64,000 nucleotides of DNA. Source: the human T2T-CHM13v2.0 reference genome, Homo sapiens. The notes beneath the pieces were generated by a model. The model was not told where the DNA came from. It made no database searches and was given only the letters and a program-made list of their open reading frames with translations. Where the stretch lies: NCBI RefSeq assembly GCF_009914755.1, contig NC_060942.1, one strand, 5' to 3'. A program made the position numbers and the translations under genes. Below, one piece after another: positions 56,528 through 64,000 of the stretch (the stretch's first letter is position 1; each line of letters opens with the position of its first letter).

Positions 56528-57894
56528 AAGACAGAAAATGTTTATCTCAAAAGTACAGAGCTGAGATGTTAGGCTCAAATATTGTATTATAATTTGTTCA
56601 AATTAAGGAATGAGAGTATAGGTAAAGGCCCAGGTAAGACAATATGTCAAGGAAAAATACCTCAAGTAAAAGTAAGACTAGTTATGTAAACTTAAACTAA
56701 CAGTAAGAGGTTTTAGTTACTCATTTCTTCCTCTCTTTTTGATGCAGAGAGGCAGATATCTTTATAACTGAATTTTTTTATAGATGTGAATTTTTTTAAA
56801 AAAGGGTTTGAAAATGGCCACCTTAATGTTGTAAGCTGTATTTTGGAGGCAGATTTAGTTTAATAGGTGGTCTTTTTAACTTAGTTATTATTTTTTAGCT
56901 AAAATTATTGAGCTTAAGGTGGAGCTCATTAAAGAATAGGGCAAAGAAAATATTTTCTACGTCTGGACTCAGTATGGACAGCTCCGAAAAATAAGTATGC
57001 CTGTTCTACCTGAGGGTCTATCTTTTATAAATATTTTATCTAGAATAGCCTTTTAAAAAGCCTTTATAGAAGGATAGTAATTAAGCCAAAAGGCTAGCAG
57101 ATTTAAGTTTCTAAATTAATTAGTCAATTAAGATTTTAATTTGTTTTTTATAGTCTTTTGAAAGAGGCAATAAAAATATTGAAAAAATTTTAGAAGCTTC
57201 TACACATTAGTAAACATTTTTGGATCAGTCTAATTTAAGAACCCTTATTTTTAAATGTATTTTTTAATGTGTAGTATTGTTTATTTGGAATATTGCATTC
57301 TAATTTTACATTATTTTTAGTAAGATTTTGTCTTTTTTGTAAGTGTTTCTGGTTTTGGGGGGTCTAATGCTTATATATGTGTGGGTAGTTGTAGATGGAA
57401 GGGGGGTGTTTTGTTTTTTAGAATTTAAAGATCTCATTTTACATTGAATTTTGGCTTTGGCTCTCAGATCACCTTTATTAACTTAGCCAGTGATTTTTCT
57501 CTACCTCACCATGCAAGAAAAAAATAGGGGTGGGAAATAGAACACAAACACCCCCGTGAAAGCCCCCCCACCCCAATTTTATTATTCACTGCCAGTTTCT
57601 GTCTGGCCCAGTTGGACATCTGAGGCTTCTACATGGATCTAAGCCAGTTAATTATCAGATCTATCCCATCCTGGACTCAGTCCAGTTTTTATTGGGACTT
57701 TTCAGCCCAGTTTGAATAAAAAATTTGTTCAAACTCAAAGAGCTGAAAACACAAATCCATGGAACCTCAGAACCTGAGAGAGAACTTACCCATGATTCCT
57801 AGCTTCTGTGAGAAGGCAGTGAGCACAGTGGGTCTGCTGAGTACCTCACTTGGTCGCTCAATGCTCCTGGGGGTCACTGGAAGTTAACTTTCAA

Positions 57895-57912
57895 GTCTCA
57901 CTTCTGACACCA
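57895..57912 (-). other. Primer-binding site, tRNA-Leu
   Basis: Minus strand tggtgtcagaagtgagac, 2 nt after the 5' LTR; complementary to the tRNA-Leu 3' end (...ATCCCACTTCTGACACCA). Confidence 0.85.
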
Positions 57913-57914
57913 TT

Positions 57915-58356
57915 TGTTAGACAAATTAAATTTAACAGAGTTTAATTGAATAACGAATGATTCACAAGTCAGGCAGCACACCCCTTGTTACCCCCTCTTC
58001 CAGCCCCACCCAACTAATTAGAATAGGTTTGGGAGACTCTGGCAGTGCTGTGTGGTTGGAAAGGATTTATGGACCGAAAGAGGAAAGTAATGTGCAGAAA
58101 ATGGAAGTAGGGTATGGAAACAGCTAGATTGGTTACAGCTTGGTGTTTGCCTTATTTGAATGTGGTTTAAATAGTTGGCGACCTGTGAATGATTGAAGTC
58201 TGGCTTCTATCATTGGCTGAGACTTGGCTCCTTGTTACAAGAGCACGTTACACCTGTTTACACATGCAGTTAGGTTACAGTTCACTATATATGGAGAAAT
58301 GTTAGGCTGAATTTAAAATATATAAGGAGGCAGCTTTAGGCTAACCAAATTTAACA
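57915..58356 (-). mobile_element. 5' LTR (MER57 family)
   Basis: tgttagacaaattaaatttaacagag...gcagctttaggctaaccaaatttaaca; homologous to 41683-42095. Confidence 0.9.
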
Positions 58357-59445
58357 GTAGACAGCAAACACTGAAGGCCAAGTCTCTTGACTTACATTCC
58401 AATTTCTTTCTACTACAACCCAACAGTCTCTGAGACTCTACCTTAATAGCAGTCTGGCCTTCAAGTTATTAGAGCATTAAATGTCAGAAGCATGCTGTCC
58501 TAAACATGGAAAATCTATGAGCTTCCCTTTTACCTGTAACTATAATCCCATTGCACACAAAAGCTGCTGCATTTGATAGGTGAGAAAAGGTGTAGAAACT
58601 GTGGATGTACCTGTAGGACTCAGCTCCTGTAGGGAAGCTGTCTCTGGCCCTCTAAGGCTGAATTAGGGACATTGCCTATGTGGAATGAAGTGCCCCAAGC
58701 TCGCCCTTGTTGCAGAATTTATGTCACTGCTTACTTATTCTCCCCCCTTCTAGAATGTGAGTTTCTGAGGACACAGTCTGGCTTGTTTATGATTTATTCT
58801 TAGAGCACTTAGTGTTCAATAAAGAGGCATCAAAAAGATTCAAAAATAGGACATCAAGAAACCTGTGATATAATACTGTATAAGATTTTTCTCATACATG
58901 CTGGCCTTTTAAGAATAATGTCTGGCTCTTAGACAGTGTTTACTGTGGCCTGGGCATTGTTCTAAACTCTTTCCTGATGGAAGCCTGTGGCTAGTGTGCA
59001 TTAACTATCAGGTGGGCACGATCACCACCCCTGTGGCCTAGAGAGCTCAGCAGTTGACCCAGTGTGGCCGAGCTGGCTGGTGATGAAGTCAGGGTGTGAA
59101 CAGGCTGGCTCTCGCATCAAAGCTCTTGGACTCCTACCAGAAGGCAATACCTGATCAAGTGAATCCACACAGTAGCTGCTTGTGTTTTCACACCTGAGAA
59201 AAAGCATTTCCACTATGTTAGCACCAGTACTTTGTCCAAGTGAGGACAGAGTGGGGCTAAGATTACGCTTGGGGACTCTTAGCTGTCATCAGTGGATTGT
59301 GTGTGGGGTGTGTGTGTGTGTGTGCGAGGGGTGACGCCAAGTTTTGGTGACCAGTATCTCCCAATAACCCTCTCTCGTGACCATGTTTGGTGGATCTCCA
59401 GAGCCCTCAACTGATAGTTAAAGATATTAGAAATAACTTCTTCTC

Positions 59446-60193
<748 letters not shown>

Positions 60194-61824
60194 AGGTAGG
60201 GGGCAATAAAGCCTTGGACTCTGATGTTCTCTCTGAACCCCAGCTACAAGGAAATGCACTTTAAACATTTAAATCCACCAAGGTAAAGAGCTTGGCTTTG
60301 ATACTGGGCAAAGTTCCTAGGGCAATGATTAAGTATGGACTCCACAATCATTGGGAGAAAATGGGAATTTTGCCCCAATAAGTCATCACCCAGATGCCCA
60401 CCCTCCCTTCTTTCCCCTCTCCCCATCCTCTGTCCCTCTATCTTCCTCTAGGAGAGGGGTAGGTTGCCACGACAACACCAGAGTTAATGGCCCCATTTGG
60501 CCAGCCTTAAAGCCCAGCTCATTCTGGCCCAGGGACATCTCATTGGGAAAGAGATTCTGGATGTTTGACAAATGCTCAATTTGGCTAATAGAACCTGTGT
60601 ATTTACTTGGTGCAAATTAAACAAGTCTGGATGTACAAGTTTCATTGTCCAAAGGGAGAAGGAGAGATGATTAGAGGAAGGTAGGAGGAGGGGAAGAAAG
60701 AAGGGGAATTCCAGTGGCCAGAAAAGTTTCCGATGCCTGATTTGTCCTGTGTCAGGGTCTGCCTTCATCACGTTACCAGGAGCTGGCTGTAGGAAAGAAA
60801 AAACAATCCCGAGACGACGAGACTCAAATCAAATAGGCCTGATGACAAGAGTCTCAATGGCACAGAGGTCCATTTCTATCCATCCTTATTGGAATCATAC
60901 TAAGTGAGTCTCACAAGCAGGCTCCCAACAGGCTGACTGTGAGTTTCTCTACCAAATGAGACTGTGACCGGGGCCCAGGCTGTGCCAGCGTCCAGAGGGC
61001 TAGTGCTGTGGACTTATTCACACGTGCACTTCTTGACACTGATGTGTAAGCCAGGCCTGCTGTCACACTGGAGTTCCAGATGCTAGCAAACCAAGAGAAA
61101 ACCTAAATCAAATAATTCCATGCAGTGATTAGTGCCGTAAGAAGGTCCTATAATTAGAGTGGCTTTGTGGCTGAGCAGAGGGGCCGGAGAGGAAGTTGGG
61201 GAGGAATGCTAGCTGGGCTGCTCCGGGGTCCTCTCTGAAGAGGGGACACTGGAGCAGAGCTCTGAATGGGGGGCTGTCTGTGCAGCCTCCAGTGGGCTTG
61301 GAGGCCTGATGGGCTTCAGCAGTGAGGGGCTGATGGGGAGCAGGAAGAGACTGGCAAGAGGCTTTTCCTTAGGTGCCGAGACTGACAATGAAGCAAGGCC
61401 TCTGGGGCCTGGACAGAGAACACAGCCTCAGATGGGCTCAGGGCTGGTAGAAGTACAAGAGAGGGAACATGGGCAGAGTTGTGTCCTGTGGATGACATCA
61501 CTACAGGCCAGGTGGACACTGGGGACGGGGGCAGCTGAGAATGGGTGTTCTCAGGGACACAGGCACTGATGACTCACCCTTGCCCCTTTAACCCAAGGTT
61601 GCCAACCCTGTCTCCATCCACACCCATCAAGACTGTGGGACCAGGGCTATGGATGTCCGCTTGTGGGCTCAGGCTGCCTCCTGGAACCAGATATAGAATG
61701 GCCTCTGAGTGGGACTGCCCATGGAGAACAAGGGGAGGTGAGGTCGGGCACACACGTTTCAGAGGTTTCTAGCTTTCGGCCTACATGCCTTGTGCAAGTC
61801 TGTGTCATGTGACAGAAAGAGTTA

Positions 61825-62010
61825 GAAGCCCTGGGTTCAAATCTCACCTGTGCCACTTACTAAGTGAACAACTGAATGAGTAGTTTCTCCTAACTGATCC
61901 ATTTGTAAAATCTGGATAAGAGAAGTAACACCAGGATCGCAGTGTGGTTCTGAATATCAACAAAGGGAGGCAATGCAAACGACAATGAGTGGTCAGGAGC
62001 AAAGAACTAT
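61825..62010 (+). mobile_element. MIR fragment
   Basis: ccctgggttcaaatctcacctgtgccacttact...catttgtaaaatctggataa. Confidence 0.65.
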
Positions 62011-62456
62011 GCAATGTGAAGCATTAATTACACTCAGGTTCACAGAAGACAGGAACCCCCGAAAGAAATGCATCTAAATTAATTTAGTTTCTGTAGGTGT
62101 GGACAAGGCAAGGGAAATAACTGACTTCTGGTTCATCTTACCACAGAAGAGCTGGAATAGCTCCTCTTGATTCCGCAAATGACCCTTTCCCAGGGGAGCT
62201 GCACTCCCTGAGAGTCTGCATGGGCCTCTGTCACATTATATAGGGATTTGCAATGGCAGGAGAGTGGCCCTGTGGTTTTCCCTCAAAAGGAGTTGTATGG
62301 AACACACTCAGTGTCTGCCATGCTTTCTATGGGAGAAAGTGTTTCTTCCTTGTGATAACTCCGCTCCACAAGTCTACCCACCACTCCCTCTGAGGGATGC
62401 TGCCTGGATTCCCTTTCCCAGTGCTTGCTCGCTCCTGGTTCCAAGTCTTCCACTGC

Positions 62457-62827
62457 TTGTTTGGAGCTGAATGGTGCCTCTGACCCCCCATTCATGTGAT
62501 AAAGTTCTAACCCCCTCATACCTCAGGATGTGGCTGTTTTGGAGCTAGGGCCTTTGAAGAGCTAATTAAGTTAAAATGAGGTCCATGGGTGAGCCCTAAT
62601 CAGATAGGACTGGCGACCTTACTAGACAGAGACACACACAGAGGAAAGACCATGGGAGGACACAGGGAGGAGACGGCCATCTGCAAGCCAAGGAGCCCTC
62701 AGGAGAAACCAGCTCTGCCAACGCCTTGATCTCCAACCTCAGCCTCCAGAATTGAGAAGTACTTTTCTGTTGCTTAAGCTGCGCGGGATGTGGCGCCGTT
62801 ACATCAGCCTCAGCAGGCTAGCCCACC
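62457..62827 (+). mobile_element. MLT1A-like LTR
   Basis: aattaagttaaaatgaggtc...gccctaatcagataggactgg...ggccatctgcaagccaagga...cagcctccagaattgaga. Confidence 0.85.
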
Positions 62828-62860
62828 ATGCTGTTTCTCGCCTGGCCTGCATTGTGGTAC

Positions 62861-63370
62861 TGCATCCAGAGTTGGTTCCTGACGGTGGGTTCCTGGTCTC
62901 GCTGACTTCAAGACTGAAGCTGCTTCTCGGTGAGTGTTACAGCTCTTAAAGATGGCACGGACCCATAGCAGTAGTAAATTTTATTGTGAAGACCAAAAGA
63001 ACAAAGCTTCTACAGCCTGGAAGGGTACCCCACTGGGTTGCTGCTGCTGGCTGGTGGGTGGCCAGCTTTTATTCCTTTATTTGTCCCTGCCCATGTTCCA
63101 TTTCTGCCCTGTCAGAGTGCCCGTTTTTCAATCCTTCCTGCGATTGGTTACTTTTAGGATCCTGCTGATTGGTGCGTTTTACAGAGCACTGATTGTTGCA
63201 TTTTACAGAGCACTGATTGGTGCATTTTACAGAGTGTTGATTGGTGCATTTTACAACCCCCTTGCTAGCTACAGAGTGCTGATTGGTGCATTTTACAATC
63301 CTCTTGTAAGACAGAAAAGTTTTCCAAGCCCCACTCGACCCAGGAAGTCCAGCTGGCTTCACACCTCTCA
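62861..63370 (-). mobile_element. LTR12-family (HERV9-related) solo LTR
   Basis: TG...CA ends, perfect 4-bp TSD gtac, tandem ctgattggtgcattttacagag units, aataaaag TATA-like box on minus. Confidence 0.88.
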
Positions 63371-63518
63371 GTACCACTGAGGCTGTAGTCTCAGAGAGAG
63401 GAGACAAGGGGGAACGCACTTGTTGGTAAAAGCCACAGTGTGAATCCTGCTGAAATCCTACCTGGAAGCCCAGTGTGGCTCAGGATAAGTTACTGAACTT
63501 CTCAGTAGAGAGGGAGCC

Positions 63519-63953
63519 TGTCATGGCTCAATAGTGCCCCACAAAGAAATATGTCTGTCTCCTAACCCCTGGGACCCGTGACCTTATCTGGAAGTAGGGT
63601 CTTTGCAGGTGTAATTAAGTTCAGGATCTTGGAATGAGATGATTGTAGATTTAGGGTGTCCTTCTGAGAGAAAAGGGAGGGGATAAGACATCAACGCAGA
63701 GAGAGAAGGCCACGTGGAGACAGAGGCAGAGATTAGAGTGAGGCGACAACAAGCCAGGCTTGCTCAAGGACTGCCAAGGATGCCAGAAGCCACCAGAAGC
63801 AGGAGCAGACTCCCTCGGAGCCACCAGAACGAAGCAGCCTGCCACACCTTGGCTCTGGACTTCTGTCCTGCAGGACTAGCAGAGAATACATTGGGGTTGT
63901 TTTAAGCCATCTAGTTTGTGGTAACTTCTTACAGCAGCCCCAGGAAACATGCA
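63519..63953 (+). mobile_element. MLT1B/C LTR
   Basis: gtgaccttatctggaagtagggtctttgcaggtgtaattaagtt...gaaggccacgtggagacagaggcagagatt...ttaagccatctagtttgtggtaac...cagcagccccaggaaac. Confidence 0.85.
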
Positions 63954-64000
63954 GACTTCACTCTTTGTGTGGCTGTCCCAGAGCCTGCTGCCCTGGATGG

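Noticed and set aside
57890-57912. tRNA-Leu gene
   Set aside because: Only the 3'-terminal ~20 nt including CCA match, and they abut the LTR, so this is the retroviral primer-binding site.
62934-63419. Repetitive ORFs (LIGAFYR / VKCTNQ units)
   Set aside because: Translations of the LTR12 tandem CCAAT units.

Overview
Primate (human-like, catarrhine) genomic DNA, not microbial: it carries AluJ/S/Y, L1PA, THE1/MST/MLT1, ERV1 and ERVL LTRs, MIR, L2 and hAT/mariner fossils. No host protein-coding exon can be called with confidence, and the long ORFs are L1 remnants, Alu read-through or tandem-repeat artefacts. The left end has a CpG-island promoter (~3280-3730) with GC boxes and an RFX-like X-box; the gene is not recognised. 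The most notable structures are: (1) a ~16.7-kb minus-strand MER57-type ERV1 provirus (41683-58356) with both LTRs, a tRNA-Leu PBS and a PPT, whose internal region shows massive sense-strand G-to-A hypermutation of APOBEC3 type, readable in the env immunosuppressive motif; (2) nested inside it, a two-part chimeric L1, a THE1, an MST, Alus and a tailless U2 snRNA retrocopy; (3) a very recent ~520-bp direct duplication (6060-6582 and 16370-16893; 3 substitutions) that truncates an LTR and has slippage scars at its junction; (4) a 14-unit minisatellite in which every unit carries a palindromic E-box; (5) several strong splice-site pairs suggesting a plus-strand lncRNA. Repeat subfamily names come from recalled consensus sequences, not a database run, and boundaries of old repeats are approximate. 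I see no new gene system; the interesting signals are fossil records of host-retroelement conflict, DNA repair and possible regulatory arrays.
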